64,000 nucleotides of DNA from an uncultured virus (IMG/VR IMGVR_UViG_2821904334_000002) (lineage: Duplodnaviria > Heunggongvirae > Uroviricota > Caudoviricetes), in the IMG/VR virus record IMGVR_UViG_2821904334_000002. The stretch is one strand, 5' to 3'. This document shows positions 29,441 through 39,544 of the stretch, piece after piece. Each line of letters begins with the position of its first letter. The stretch's first letter is position 1. Made by a program: the position numbers and the translations under genes. The notes beneath the pieces were generated by a model. That model was not told the origin of the DNA. It ran no database searches and saw only the letters and a program-made list of their open reading frames with translations.

Positions 29441-30223
29441 ATGTTTAAAAATAAACTATTGAATAGTAAACTAGTTAAGACATTAGCCTTAACTACAAGT
29501 ATTTTGGGATTTGCAACTGGTTGTGATAACTTAGTAGACCAAGCTACTCAAACTTTTAAAGCCGACCACGGAGTTAAAACAGAAGAGGTAGCACAAGCTA
29601 AGAAACCAAAAGTTACTGATTTAAATAAAATCGCAACGAGTTACAACGGTGAAAAGGTCGTAACAGTAAACAACAATAAAGCAGACTTTACACAAGACCA
29701 GTTAGATAAGGTAAGATTAACACAAACTGACCCTACATGGCAGGAGTACTCAAATTTAGATAATATGAATAGAGTAGGGGTAGCAACAGCATTACTTGGA
29801 ATGCAGAACCAACCAAAGGAAAAGCGTGAGGATAGATTAAATACAAAACCTACAGGTTGGCATCAAAAGAAACTAAGTGATGGTGGTTACTTATATGATA
29901 GAAGTCATCTAATCGGATTCCAGTTATCAGGTCAAAATGATAACCCGAAAAACTTAATGACAGGTACAAAAGACTTCAATCGTAAAAGTATGTTAAAGTA
30001 TGAAAACATGGTAGACAAAGAAGTAGAAAAAGGAAGCTATGTTTTATATGAAGTAAAACCTGTATTCATCGGTAGTGAAAAGGTTGCTCGTGGTGTAAAC
30101 ATGAAAGCAAAATCTATGAACAATCAAAATCTAGAATTTAACGTATTTTGTCATAATGTTCAAGATGGGGTAGAAATTAACTACGAAGATGGTACTTCTA
30201 AACTAACAGGTAAATTAAAATAA
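29441..30223 (+). CDS. lipoprotein DNA/RNA non-specific endonuclease (EndA/streptodornase-like, His-Me finger)
   Basis: Lipobox FATGC; LDNMNRVGVA, KPTGW, YDRSHLIG, NLMTGT..FN, MLKYENMV, NVQDGVEINY. Confidence 0.9.
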   Translation: MFKNKLLNSKLVKTLALTTSILGFATGCDNLVDQATQTFKADHGVKTEEVAQAKKPKVTDLNKIATSYNGEKVVTVNNNKADFTQDQLDKVRLTQTDPTWQEYSNLDNMNRVGVATALLGMQNQPKEKREDRLNTKPTGWHQKKLSDGGYLYDRSHLIGFQLSGQNDNPKNLMTGTKDFNRKSMLKYENMVDKEVEKGSYVLYEVKPVFIGSEKVARGVNMKAKSMNNQNLEFNVFCHNVQDGVEINYEDGTSKLTGKLK

Positions 30224-30235
30224 GGAGGGTAGATA

Positions 30236-30601
30236 ATGAACTTAGCACAAGTGGATATACATACAAAACAGTTAATTACAAACACAATAGGTAACTCGAT
30301 AGATACAAACTGGTTCTTCAACTGGTTAACAACTAGAGTCGGAAGACAATATACGATTTACAATGGAAGTGACATTACAAATCTTGAAACAATAAAGAAT
30401 CAACGAGAAACTTGTATTAAGACAGGTACTATCACAAGAGTTTTCGAAGATGGAAATCGTATTTATATTGAACTAAACAATGACCCGTATAACTTAGATT
30501 TCTTTGATTATAAACAGTTTACAGGTATTTGCACACATGGGTACGGAATGTATTACATTATCTATCCAAACTGTACGTATCACAAGGTACACATCCAATA
30601 A
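30236..30601 (+). CDS. family C domain protein
   Basis: DITNLETIKNQRETCIKTGTITRV...IELNND shared with C-terminal half of next gene. Confidence 0.7.
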   Translation: MNLAQVDIHTKQLITNTIGNSIDTNWFFNWLTTRVGRQYTIYNGSDITNLETIKNQRETCIKTGTITRVFEDGNRIYIELNNDPYNLDFFDYKQFTGICTHGYGMYYIIYPNCTYHKVHIQ

Positions 30602-30610
30602 AGGAGGGGT

Positions 30611-31345
30611 ATGAGAATGACAGACCACTTAGGAGTTGCCGAAAGAAAAGTAATCAGTGTACAAGAACTAGAAAGTAAGTTACGAAAAGGTGTTTCAGAA
30701 AAGAAAGACCTACTTATTTCTGAATTCGTACCTGTATCCGCTATAGACTCTACAAGAGTATATACACGAAGAGAGCGTACCATTAGCGTTGAAAAGTTAC
30801 AAGATGGTTTAGGTATACAAATAGGAACTGGTAAGTATGTAGGCTATTATCAAATTGTAACTAGAAACCTTGAAAGTATCGTAGAAGACAAAGTAGGGTT
30901 CTTCCTTTTCTATGCAGGAGGTCACGTACAAAAGATTTCTTTACAACCTAGATTGTATAAGAAGGACTACAAATTAGATGTAGATGATAATACAAAATGG
31001 CAAATAAAGCAGTCTATGGGGTATAGCTCAACCTTAGGAGAGTTTTATAACTGGGTACAAAAGCTGATAGGGTATAATCTGAAACTAAGTGTAGGGAAAG
31101 ATGCTACAGACTTAAATACAGTAAGAGGTCAGAAGGAAGAAGTTATAAAACAAGGTGTGATTACAAAAGTATATGGTGACTGGAATAACTTCTGTATCGA
31201 ATTAGATAATGATTTCAGAACTGTAGAGAGGTTTACTACAGACGGAATAGAAGAAGTATTTACAGGTTCAACTGGTGCAGTCTTCATGGTACATAGAAGT
31301 TGCCAATACAAGAAAGTACAAATATTTTCATCAGTAAACCAATAA
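30611..31345 (+). CDS. family C domain protein (two-domain)
   Basis: DATDLNTVRGQKEEVIKQGVITKV...IELDND. Confidence 0.7.
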   Translation: MRMTDHLGVAERKVISVQELESKLRKGVSEKKDLLISEFVPVSAIDSTRVYTRRERTISVEKLQDGLGIQIGTGKYVGYYQIVTRNLESIVEDKVGFFLFYAGGHVQKISLQPRLYKKDYKLDVDDNTKWQIKQSMGYSSTLGEFYNWVQKLIGYNLKLSVGKDATDLNTVRGQKEEVIKQGVITKVYGDWNNFCIELDNDFRTVERFTTDGIEEVFTGSTGAVFMVHRSCQYKKVQIFSSVNQ

Positions 31346-31543
31346 TAAGGAAAGCCTACTCCAAAGGGTAGGCAAGACCCTATTTTAACTTAGTATTAAG
31401 CATCTAAACAATTAGGTGTTTATAGTAAGTTAAAGTAAAAGTAGAGAGACAGAGAGACGTGAGTAAGTTGAAATAAACATCGTAGAAAACAAACAATTAA
31501 AACTAAATGAAACTAATAAATGAAAATGCAAGGAGAGAATTAC

Positions 31544-31867
31544 ATGACAAACACAACTGACAAAGTAAAAGCGATTATTGAAGAAAACTGGGATTTCACA
31601 AGCGAAACAGTAAACACAATTCATTTCCGTTTTGGTACAAGTAGAGGAGAACCTAAATTTGTTTATAAGAAAGATACTGAAACAGTTAACTTAGTAGACA
31701 AAGACATAGATTCTAGAAAAGAAGCATTATCTGTAGAAGTTAAAACACTAATTTATAGTCAAATTCGTGAAGGGGTAGAACCGATAGACGCTCAAAAAGT
31801 ATTCTTAGAACGCAATACAGATGAAATGAAGAAGATAATTGAACTATATGGTGGACATAATGATTAA
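31544..31867 (+). CDS. hypothetical protein
   Basis: Start at ATG after AAGGAG. Confidence 0.65.
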   Translation: MTNTTDKVKAIIEENWDFTSETVNTIHFRFGTSRGEPKFVYKKDTETVNLVDKDIDSRKEALSVEVKTLIYSQIREGVEPIDAQKVFLERNTDEMKKIIELYGGHND

Positions 31868-32444
31868 ACCGATAGGGGTAAATAGAGTGTGTCACGTACC
31901 TAAATGTAATTGCCTGTCAAACAGTTTTTATCGCTCCATTCTAGAAGGTAAAGGAAGGTCACTCATTCTAGGGGTAGATGAGTTATTTGAATGTAATGGA
32001 GACCATTTTATAAAAACACTACTAAACGAAGATAAATATTATATAACACTAAGTACAGAAGGATTAACGAAATTATTACGTAAGAAACAAATAACTTCAT
32101 CAGCTACAAACTATATTATAAATAGAGTGAAATATTCAGAAGAAGAACAGTATGTAAGACTAAGGGCTTACCTAACAGCAAACCGAGAGGTTGGTAAAAA
32201 GGTAACGTATATAAGAGTCAAAGACAATACAGTAATAACGAATAAAGAATATATGGAAGATTTCAGTTTACCTTTAGAAGACCTACTAGATTACATAACT
32301 TTCTTAGGATATAAGCCAGTAAACTTAAAAACAAAAGAAGCAACGAAAGAAGTAAACTTAGAAAATGTAAGCGACTATGTTTTCGCTGATAAAAGGATGG
32401 ATGGTCTTCTAACAATTTTCATAGACGTAACAGAGGGTGTGTAA
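31839..32444 (+). CDS. hypothetical protein (likely start 31860)
   Basis: ORF track. Confidence 0.65.
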   Translation: MNYMVDIMIKPIGVNRVCHVPKCNCLSNSFYRSILEGKGRSLILGVDELFECNGDHFIKTLLNEDKYYITLSTEGLTKLLRKKQITSSATNYIINRVKYSEEEQYVRLRAYLTANREVGKKVTYIRVKDNTVITNKEYMEDFSLPLEDLLDYITFLGYKPVNLKTKEATKEVNLENVSDYVFADKRMDGLLTIFIDVTEGV

Positions 32445-32446
32445 CA

Positions 32447-32914
32447 ATGATAAACTATTGGGATTTAGCGGTCATTGTACCGTGTGTCGTAGTACAAGTA
32501 TGGTTAGGTTTACTAATCATGGATTATCTTATTAAACGAGGTAATGAGAGTAAGAAGAATGAAATTAAGCAAACGAAACTCATGAGAAAAATCGTAGGAA
32601 ACCGAGATATAAAAAGTATTAAGAATAAAGTCATTATGGTATCTGTACTTTTAGGTGTGGTTCTCCTATGTAGACAATGGATTTACGAGTCTAGATACAC
32701 AAACGATTTACTGTTTGGTAGTTTACAAATAAATGTATTATTCCTATTATGGTACGCATCAGCATTTAAAACGAAGAAGCCAGACGATAGTAAGTTAATT
32801 CAGTCATATGCAAAGATACTAGGACGTATTAGTATATCATTCGCATGTATGGGGTATTCCGTGTTCTACGTATACTTTGTATTTAAACTTATCTTTTCAG
32901 GAGAGTTCATTTAA
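32447..32914 (+). CDS. 4-TM membrane protein
   Basis: Four hydrophobic segments separated by basic loops. Confidence 0.75.
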   Translation: MINYWDLAVIVPCVVVQVWLGLLIMDYLIKRGNESKKNEIKQTKLMRKIVGNRDIKSIKNKVIMVSVLLGVVLLCRQWIYESRYTNDLLFGSLQINVLFLLWYASAFKTKKPDDSKLIQSYAKILGRISISFACMGYSVFYVYFVFKLIFSGEFI

Positions 32915-32949
32915 AGCTAGGTAGTTTTACTACTTAGCTATTTTTTTTT
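32915..32949 (+). terminator. intrinsic terminator
   Basis: AGCTAGGTAGT/ACTACTTAGCT + T9. Confidence 0.75.
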
Positions 32950-32959
32950 ATATAAAGGA

Positions 32960-33364
32960 GTGAAACCGATGGATTGTACGTATATAGCACAAATAGGGGT
33001 AGTATTAATTCAAGTATTGATTATCTTAACTATTATACAATCTTTGGTAGTAAAAGAAAAAAGAAAACTACAAAAGAGGTTATGGATGTTTCCTTTCATT
33101 GCTTTATTTATATTTGCACTACTAACTTTCATAGACGATAAAATAAACTTACCACCTACTTTACTAGACACATTAAATACAGGGGTAGCATCAAATGAGT
33201 GCTTGTTATTATACTTTGGGAATGCTTGGTTAGTAGATAGACATAAAAGAAACGAAGCTATTTATCAAAACTATATAAGATATGGTGTATTACTGATAAA
33301 GTATGTAACACTAGGCTTTGGAATTCTATTAACTTTCGTTGCAATAGCAGACTTATTCTTATAG
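32960..33364 (+). CDS. 4-TM membrane protein
   Basis: Hydropathy; Q in TM1, N in TM3 as in neighbours. Confidence 0.75.
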   Translation: MKPMDCTYIAQIGVVLIQVLIILTIIQSLVVKEKRKLQKRLWMFPFIALFIFALLTFIDDKINLPPTLLDTLNTGVASNECLLLYFGNAWLVDRHKRNEAIYQNYIRYGVLLIKYVTLGFGILLTFVAIADLFL

Positions 33365-33397
33365 GTAGCAAGTCACATAGTAGGAGGATAAGAGGGG

Positions 33398-33823
33398 ATG
33401 GAGATTACAGTTTCATTAGGTGTATTAAACGTGATAGTACGAGTAGAGATATTAGTTATACAAACGGTTATATTCTTAGGTATTAGTAGTTTATTGTTAT
33501 TTAAGAAAGACATAGTAGAGTACAAGAGAGTTTGGATTCCTACGTTTTTAACAATACCATTATATTTTGTTTTAATTTACATAGGAGACGCAATAGACTG
33601 GTCAAAGCAAACTTCTAATATGATATTCTTCGGTTTAATGATGGGTAGTTTCTTTCCAATGTATTTCTTCACGTATTTAGCAAAAAGAAACTACAGAAAC
33701 AAACATAGATACATGCCTAAGTATTTAGAGTTTATGTTGGTAGCTTTTAGAACTTTCTTCTTCCTGATACTAACTTTAGTATATGGTATGTTAATCTATC
33801 ATTTTGTTATTAGTTTTAAATAG
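33398..33823 (+). CDS. 4-TM membrane protein
   Basis: Hydropathy. Confidence 0.75.
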   Translation: MEITVSLGVLNVIVRVEILVIQTVIFLGISSLLLFKKDIVEYKRVWIPTFLTIPLYFVLIYIGDAIDWSKQTSNMIFFGLMMGSFFPMYFFTYLAKRNYRNKHRYMPKYLEFMLVAFRTFFFLILTLVYGMLIYHFVISFK

Positions 33824-33847
33824 TATAGTAGACAATGAGGTGTTAAA

Positions 33848-34267
33848 GTGGAAACAGTCGTAATAGAAAAGAGTGTGTTAGATTATTTCATCATAATTGG
33901 GGTATTCTTAGTACAGACTTTCTTTATTGGTATGTTAGTTTACCTAAAGAGAAAGAAACGTACAATAGGAGATTCTAAGATACTTCCTTTTGGTTCTGTC
34001 ATTACAGTAATTTTATACTACATCTTGATAAGTCAATCAAACAGCTTAGAGATTAATGAGTTCTCTATTGCATCTTTAGTAAACGGAGTTGTAATCAATC
34101 AATTCTTAATTTTAATGTATATCTTTACTTGGATTAGAGACCATTTTAAAGCAAAGAACTCACCAAAAGTGTTAACGAATGTAGGGGTAATCCTCTTTAT
34201 GTCGTTAGCAGTTGGTTTATACGGAATCTACCTATTAAACTTCATGTTTAGTTGGGTGACTGTATAA
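33848..34267 (+). CDS. 4-TM membrane protein
   Basis: Hydropathy; LVNGVVINQFL vs LNTGVASNECL in 32960. Confidence 0.75.
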   Translation: METVVIEKSVLDYFIIIGVFLVQTFFIGMLVYLKRKKRTIGDSKILPFGSVITVILYYILISQSNSLEINEFSIASLVNGVVINQFLILMYIFTWIRDHFKAKNSPKVLTNVGVILFMSLAVGLYGIYLLNFMFSWVTV

Positions 34268-34272
34268 GAAAT

Positions 34273-34303
34273 AAGCCTTATTATACGTAAGGCTTTTTGT
34301 TTT
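34273..34303 (+). terminator. intrinsic terminator
   Basis: AAGCCTTA/TAAGGCTT + T-run. Confidence 0.65.
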
Positions 34304-34323
34304 GTATAGAAAGGGGTAAACAA

Positions 34324-34512
34324 ATGATAGATATACTAGAACTGAATTATACCTTTCTTTGCTTTTTAATTTTGTTAGAAGTAGCGGTATTTTTACTACT
34401 TATGAACGAAATGAAGCATAAAAGACCGGATGAGAAGAAAATAACGATTCCACTTTTATTACTAACTTTCATATTACTTGTGTGTCTGTTCTCCTATTTC
34501 ATCGTTTTCTAG
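34324..34512 (+). CDS. 2-TM membrane protein
   Basis: Start at ATG after AAAGGGG. Confidence 0.6.
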   Translation: MIDILELNYTFLCFLILLEVAVFLLLMNEMKHKRPDEKKITIPLLLLTFILLVCLFSYFIVF

Positions 34513-34560
34513 AGGAAATAGGAGTTTTTTATGCAAACAAGTAAAGAATTTATAGACTAC

Positions 34561-34589
34561 TTGACAAATAATGAAATTTATGGTATAAT
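34561..34589 (+). promoter_or_regulatory. sigma-A type promoter
   Basis: TTGACA-N17-TATAAT. Confidence 0.85.
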
Positions 34590-34626
34590 AAAGTAGTAAT
34601 AAGGAAGCAAGAAAGAGGTGTTTGAA

Positions 34627-34764
34627 ATGGAACACAAGTTAAGTAATGTTCCTTATATAGTGTGTAAGAACTGTGGGAAAGAAACGATACAAGCGATACA
34701 TTTTAAAGTGTGTCAGCATTGTAAACAGGTCTATACAAAGAAAGCAACTACAAACAAGCAATGA
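34627..34764 (+). CDS. small zinc-ribbon protein (45 aa)
   Basis: Read manually: SD AAAGAGGTG; CKNCG...CQHC. Confidence 0.65.
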   Translation: MEHKLSNVPYIVCKNCGKETIQAIHFKVCQHCKQVYTKKATTNKQ

Positions 34765-34780
34765 CATGGAGGAAACTATA

Positions 34781-35176
34781 ATGAAAGAAAAAGAAGATTC
34801 TTTATATGTTGTGGTGTCAGAGAACCCACATGATAAATTCGGTAATACACCGTTGTTAATGAGATTGTGGCATGAAAGTTTAGATTTAAAACTGTTTATT
34901 ATGCCAAAACATGCATTTAAATCAGAAGAACAGTTCAAGAAAGAAATGGTGTTAAAACTAAACCGTGTTATTCCTGATTTTAAAGAAATGAAGGAAGAGG
35001 TAACTCCTTTTGGTTATAGATACACAAAGTATATCCTTAAAGACGGTGATGGTGCAGTTTGGGATGCTGAAACAGAGGAACAAGCAACTCATATCTTAGA
35101 ATATAACGTACATAAAGTAGAAGTAAAACGTGGAGAAGATAGAAAAGAAGTATTAAATATCAGAAGTAATAAATGA
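34781..35176 (+). CDS. hypothetical protein, paralog of 35521..35907
   Basis: Start after GGAGG; EEVTPFGYRY vs RIETPYGWKY. Confidence 0.7.
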   Translation: MKEKEDSLYVVVSENPHDKFGNTPLLMRLWHESLDLKLFIMPKHAFKSEEQFKKEMVLKLNRVIPDFKEMKEEVTPFGYRYTKYILKDGDGAVWDAETEEQATHILEYNVHKVEVKRGEDRKEVLNIRSNK

Positions 35177-35194
35177 ACAAAGGGGTAGGTAGTT

Positions 35195-35503
35195 ATGTCA
35201 AAGATGGTTGAGTTAAACGGTGAAACACATTTCCTAAACACAATTCATGATTTCGTTGAGTTGTTACCTTATGATTCTCAAAAGCCTGTTTATGAATTAA
35301 TGGAGGAAGAAACAGGTGGAGAGGATTTAAAGTCTGAATTTCGTTCATTAGAGGGTTCATTAGATGACCAACGAAAAGCAGTAAACGAGGTACTAAACTT
35401 ACTAAACAAAATGGAAAAGCATATGGAAGGTACAAGATTAAACCGTAAAACATTAAATGAATGTATTGCAAGTGCAAAACAGGTTATCAATAATACGTTC
35501 TAG
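35195..35503 (+). CDS. hypothetical coiled-coil protein
   Basis: ORF track. Confidence 0.65.
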   Translation: MSKMVELNGETHFLNTIHDFVELLPYDSQKPVYELMEEETGGEDLKSEFRSLEGSLDDQRKAVNEVLNLLNKMEKHMEGTRLNRKTLNECIASAKQVINNTF

Positions 35504-35520
35504 GATAAGGAGGGGTAGAA

Positions 35521-35907
35521 ATGAGTGAAAGAGTATATCCAGACCATTATTATATGAGAGCAACTGAGAAAATAATAGATAGAGAGGGTACTACAGGGTA
35601 TTACTCTCGTTTTGTTGCCACAAACGAGATTTACGGATATGTAGTTGAGAGTTATAGAGTAAAAACGAAAAAGGAATTACTCGAAAAGGTAGAAGAGATA
35701 CTAGCAAGACATCTAGGAAAACTAGACGAATATACAAGAATCGAAACACCTTATGGTTGGAAATATGAGTTATACGTACACTGGTTTAATGATGATATGG
35801 ACTACAGGGTGACAGATAAAGACGGTGATTGGACTCACCATGAAACTTTTAATGTAGATATTAGTCTTTTCGAGGAAGTACACAATCCAATGTCAAAACT
35901 GGGATAA
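35521..35907 (+). CDS. hypothetical protein
   Basis: ORF track, strong SD. Confidence 0.7.
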   Translation: MSERVYPDHYYMRATEKIIDREGTTGYYSRFVATNEIYGYVVESYRVKTKKELLEKVEEILARHLGKLDEYTRIETPYGWKYELYVHWFNDDMDYRVTDKDGDWTHHETFNVDISLFEEVHNPMSKLG

Positions 35908-35921
35908 GGAGGAAATGAAAC

Positions 35922-36380
35922 ATGAAAGGTGCAAATGAGAAGTACGATTTGATTACAAGTGCAACACAAGAAGGGGTAGGAGAGTTAGAGAAACTAAAAT
36001 TAAAGTATGGTTGGGGTGGAGGTGACTCAAAAGCTTATCTTCATGGAAACCTTATCTTTGTAAAAGCAACTCATGGTAGAGGTAAAACATTCCGTATCTT
36101 TATTACAGAAGACCCTACTCAATCACACGAACAGATTAAAGAAACAGCATTAGAAGTATATGGTGTAACGGGTGGTCAATTAGGTTGGACTGAAACTTAT
36201 GGTTGGATTCATGAAGGTGCTTGGGTAGATGCAATTGAGCAATACTTTGCAACTTTAAGTAATACATTACACTTACTAAAAGAAACACGTAAGAAAGAGA
36301 AAGAAGAGAAGAATGTAGAAGACCATGTAGTGTTGAAAGGAAGACTTACAAATTTATCGGAGAAGTTTAGTCAGGTCTAA
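35922..36380 (+). CDS. hypothetical protein
   Basis: LEVYGVTGGQLGWTETYGWIHEGAW; strong SD. Confidence 0.7.
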   Translation: MKGANEKYDLITSATQEGVGELEKLKLKYGWGGGDSKAYLHGNLIFVKATHGRGKTFRIFITEDPTQSHEQIKETALEVYGVTGGQLGWTETYGWIHEGAWVDAIEQYFATLSNTLHLLKETRKKEKEEKNVEDHVVLKGRLTNLSEKFSQV

Positions 36381-36383
36381 GGT

Positions 36384-36761
36384 ATGGATTTTATAACAGA
36401 CTCTACATTCTTATTTATGGTTATAGTGAATGTATTGCAAACAGTTATGTTGTGCAGTACATTCTATGTTGTTTTCCATTTACAAGATAAAAAGAAAATC
36501 AAAACACTTATGGTCTATGTAACAGTATTAAATCTAGAATACGTTGGGGTATTAACGCTATTTTGTTTCATTAAAGGGTTTTATCCGTATGAGCAACTGA
36601 TAACTGCTATTCTAACAAACGTATTTCTACTTGTATATTTAGGCATTACAAGAAGTAAAATCGGAGAAAGAAGAGAAGTAAACGTAATGAAGAAAGTATT
36701 ATATGCTATGTGGTTAGTAGGGAATACGGTGTGTTTACTTATTTTCTTAAACTCCATGTAG
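36384..36761 (+). CDS. 4-TM membrane protein
   Basis: Hydropathy. Confidence 0.7.
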   Translation: MDFITDSTFLFMVIVNVLQTVMLCSTFYVVFHLQDKKKIKTLMVYVTVLNLEYVGVLTLFCFIKGFYPYEQLITAILTNVFLLVYLGITRSKIGERREVNVMKKVLYAMWLVGNTVCLLIFLNSM

Positions 36762-36773
36762 GAGGTGTAAAGA

Positions 36774-37160
36774 ATGAATCAATTAAACTTTGCGTTGTTT
36801 GGGATAGTAATTATTCTATTAGCAGGTACAAGTTATCTTTACTACAGTTATTATAAGACAATGAAAACAGCAGAGAGTAGAAATGAAACAGCTTATGCTT
36901 TTACATTTGGCTGTATCATTTTCCTTATATCTACATTAGGACTTATTATATCAGAACACTTAACTGTACAACAAAATAAAACAGAATTACTTTCAATCCT
37001 TATTATTTTCTTATCAAACGGTATGTTAAACATTTGGGTTCGAGGTATGTATGATTTAACGAAGTCTAGTAAGTATAAAACATGGTTAATGTTAATTAGA
37101 CTGGTTTCTGTCGCTTGTGTTGTTGTAGTTGGAGTTAATGTATATAAAGTATTAATTTAA
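36774..37160 (+). CDS. 4-TM membrane protein
   Basis: Hydropathy; YLYYSYYK, LTVQQN shared with 37185. Confidence 0.75.
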   Translation: MNQLNFALFGIVIILLAGTSYLYYSYYKTMKTAESRNETAYAFTFGCIIFLISTLGLIISEHLTVQQNKTELLSILIIFLSNGMLNIWVRGMYDLTKSSKYKTWLMLIRLVSVACVVVVGVNVYKVLI

Positions 37161-37184
37161 CAACTAAAGAGAGGAAGATGAACG

Positions 37185-37571
37185 ATGGTATTCTCATCAG
37201 TAAACATACTTATCTTTTTAACAGTAGCTACAGTATTGGTTTATTTCTATTATGGTTACAAGGCGAGGAAGCAAGGAAACAGTAGAGAAGAAATGTTTGG
37301 TTTCTTTATAGGTATTTTAATTTCGATTGTATCCTCTTTAGTTTTAATAGATATAGACAAAGTAACAGTTTCTCAAAACCGTTTACATGTAGTGATTGTC
37401 TTAGCTTCTTTCTTAGCATTAACTGTATTAAACTTATTTATGCGTTATAAGTGGCATATCCAAGGATTACGAGAGTTCAGACTACATTTAAATATAGGAA
37501 GAATCTTAATTCTTGTTTGTGTGGGTGTTATGATATTCAAAACACATGTATCATGGGTACACCACGTATAA
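37185..37571 (+). CDS. 4-TM membrane protein
   Basis: YFYYGYK, GLREFRLHLNIGR vs GLVQYKLKLHINR in next gene. Confidence 0.75.
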   Translation: MVFSSVNILIFLTVATVLVYFYYGYKARKQGNSREEMFGFFIGILISIVSSLVLIDIDKVTVSQNRLHVVIVLASFLALTVLNLFMRYKWHIQGLREFRLHLNIGRILILVCVGVMIFKTHVSWVHHV

Positions 37572-37584
37572 AGAGAGGGAAACA

Positions 37585-37953
37585 ATGCAGACGATTTTAT
37601 TTTACATTATAGTAGGATTAGTTACCTTTCTAGGTAGATGTTATTATGATTATGGTAAGACAGCAAAACATAAAGGAAACAATGTAGAAAAGATAGTAGG
37701 TTATGCAATCGGTACGCTATCAGCTATTGTTTTTGGATTCCTTTTATATGATGGTGGACAGATAAATGAAGAAAAAGACTTATTAGTAAATTACCTAATT
37801 ATTTTTCTTGCCTTGATAACAATGATAACAGGAATAGATTTTAGAGAAAAGGTAAAACTAGAAGGTTTAGTACAATACAAACTTAAATTACATATAAACA
37901 GATTTATGATAATTTTCTGTTTAGGGTTTTTAGTAGCAAGAATTATTTTATAG
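37585..37953 (+). CDS. 4-TM membrane protein
   Basis: Start moved to ATG after GAGAGGG. Confidence 0.75.
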   Translation: MQTILFYIIVGLVTFLGRCYYDYGKTAKHKGNNVEKIVGYAIGTLSAIVFGFLLYDGGQINEEKDLLVNYLIIFLALITMITGIDFREKVKLEGLVQYKLKLHINRFMIIFCLGFLVARIIL

Positions 37954-37967
37954 AAAGGGGTATTACA

Positions 37968-38411
37968 ATGCAAACAGTTTTGTTTATTACCTTAACGGTA
38001 ATTTCCATTCTTGTAACTGTACTAAACATGTACAGTACAAGAACAGTATTAACAAAAGCGAGTAAAGAAGAAGGGATAGACGCTGAAAAAGAGAAAGGTT
38101 CGGCAGTAGTCCTAGTAACTTTATTGTTAATTATGTGTGTAGGAACTTCTTTTATTGCAGGTTCAGTAGAAACATCAATTAAACTACTAACTTATTACAT
38201 TCTTATTTCACTTATTATGAGTGCAGTTCCAGTTGTTTTTATAAAACTAAGAAAGAAGCATGAAACATTATCAAGTCTTGTTCCAGTCTTTTCTATACTT
38301 GTATTATTTTATCCTGTAAGTGAACTTCTAGATATAATGTTTACAGTATGGAAAGAAGTAACAGACATACCCTACCCATATATTAACTTCATTTCATGGT
38401 GGTGGCGTTAA
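37968..38411 (+). CDS. 4-TM membrane protein
   Basis: Hydropathy. Confidence 0.7.
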   Translation: MQTVLFITLTVISILVTVLNMYSTRTVLTKASKEEGIDAEKEKGSAVVLVTLLLIMCVGTSFIAGSVETSIKLLTYYILISLIMSAVPVVFIKLRKKHETLSSLVPVFSILVLFYPVSELLDIMFTVWKEVTDIPYPYINFISWWWR

Positions 38412-38414
38412 ATT

Positions 38415-38801
38415 ATGCATAATATGACTGATTTTTCTATTGTAGTAAACTTTATTGTATTCATCGGACAGCTTATCTTATTCGTTAAGTTGTTCCGATT
38501 GAAAGCAAATGAAGATTTTGTCAATCACAAACGATTATTGGTCTATGCAACCTTTGGAGTTGTTGTGTTACTTTGTATTAGCTTATCTTTAAACGCTGAA
38601 TACTTAGTACCACTTATATTAGCAATCTTCTCAAACGTATTTGCATTTGCTATTTGTATAGCAAGACAGATGTATCGAAAAGAAAGACGAAAGATAATGA
38701 AGAGAAGAATTTGGATTATAAGGGATGCTATTATGGTGTTCTTTATGTTTTCCAATCTATTGCATATCATTATGGTCATTAAACCAATTATACAAGAGTA
38801 G
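38415..38801 (+). CDS. 4-TM membrane protein
   Basis: LAIFSNVF vs TAILTNVF in 36384. Confidence 0.7.
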   Translation: MHNMTDFSIVVNFIVFIGQLILFVKLFRLKANEDFVNHKRLLVYATFGVVVLLCISLSLNAEYLVPLILAIFSNVFAFAICIARQMYRKERRKIMKRRIWIIRDAIMVFFMFSNLLHIIMVIKPIIQE

Positions 38802-39015
38802 GAGTTAAGAATAAATCATGATATTAGACAAAGTAGATAAGAAAAAGAAACCGTTAATTAAACTAATGTGTTTTTGCGTAGTATGGCTAGTACTTGCATC
38901 ATTAATTTGTACATTTACAGGTACTAAACATGATGTACAGACTCAGACAGGTCATAAAGTAGAAGTAACAGAAAAATAAAGGTAAGGTGTTAATAACAAC
39001 AGGAGGTAAGACAGC

Positions 39016-39462
39016 TTGATTTTACTAGGTGGGTTATTATTTATTGGGCTAACTTTGTTTACGTTCGTGCAAATACTCATATACATGTTAATTGTGCTAT
39101 TCTACGTGAAAAATGATTTATTTTACATGATTACAGACAGAGCATTTAGAAGGAAGACAAGTAATTCTAAATATGAAAACTTGAGAAGATTTAAAAATGA
39201 ATTAATCAAATTATCGGTGATATATTGTATATTTGTAACTTTTTCATTTTTCTTTGGACTTGCTTCGGTGTTATTTTTAACAATATTACGAGCAGGAACT
39301 ACAATCTTACTAACAATTCTTATGTCATATGAGTTAAGAGCAATTCGTCAAGAAGAAGACTTATATACTAAGGTATTGAAAATAATCATTTCTCTAGGAG
39401 CAGTTGGTTTAATCCTTTTAACTGTTTTCCATACAATAGAGAAAATGGTATACAAATTCTAA
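39016..39462 (+). CDS. 4-TM membrane protein
   Basis: SD AGGAGGT, hydropathy. Confidence 0.7.
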   Translation: MILLGGLLFIGLTLFTFVQILIYMLIVLFYVKNDLFYMITDRAFRRKTSNSKYENLRRFKNELIKLSVIYCIFVTFSFFFGLASVLFLTILRAGTTILLTILMSYELRAIRQEEDLYTKVLKIIISLGAVGLILLTVFHTIEKMVYKF

Positions 39463-39544
39463 ACAAATAAGTAGAAAGGAGAAACTACAAAGGTACAATA
39501 AACAGTTTCTTTGAACGATTTTAAATAAGAGAGGATAACCAACA

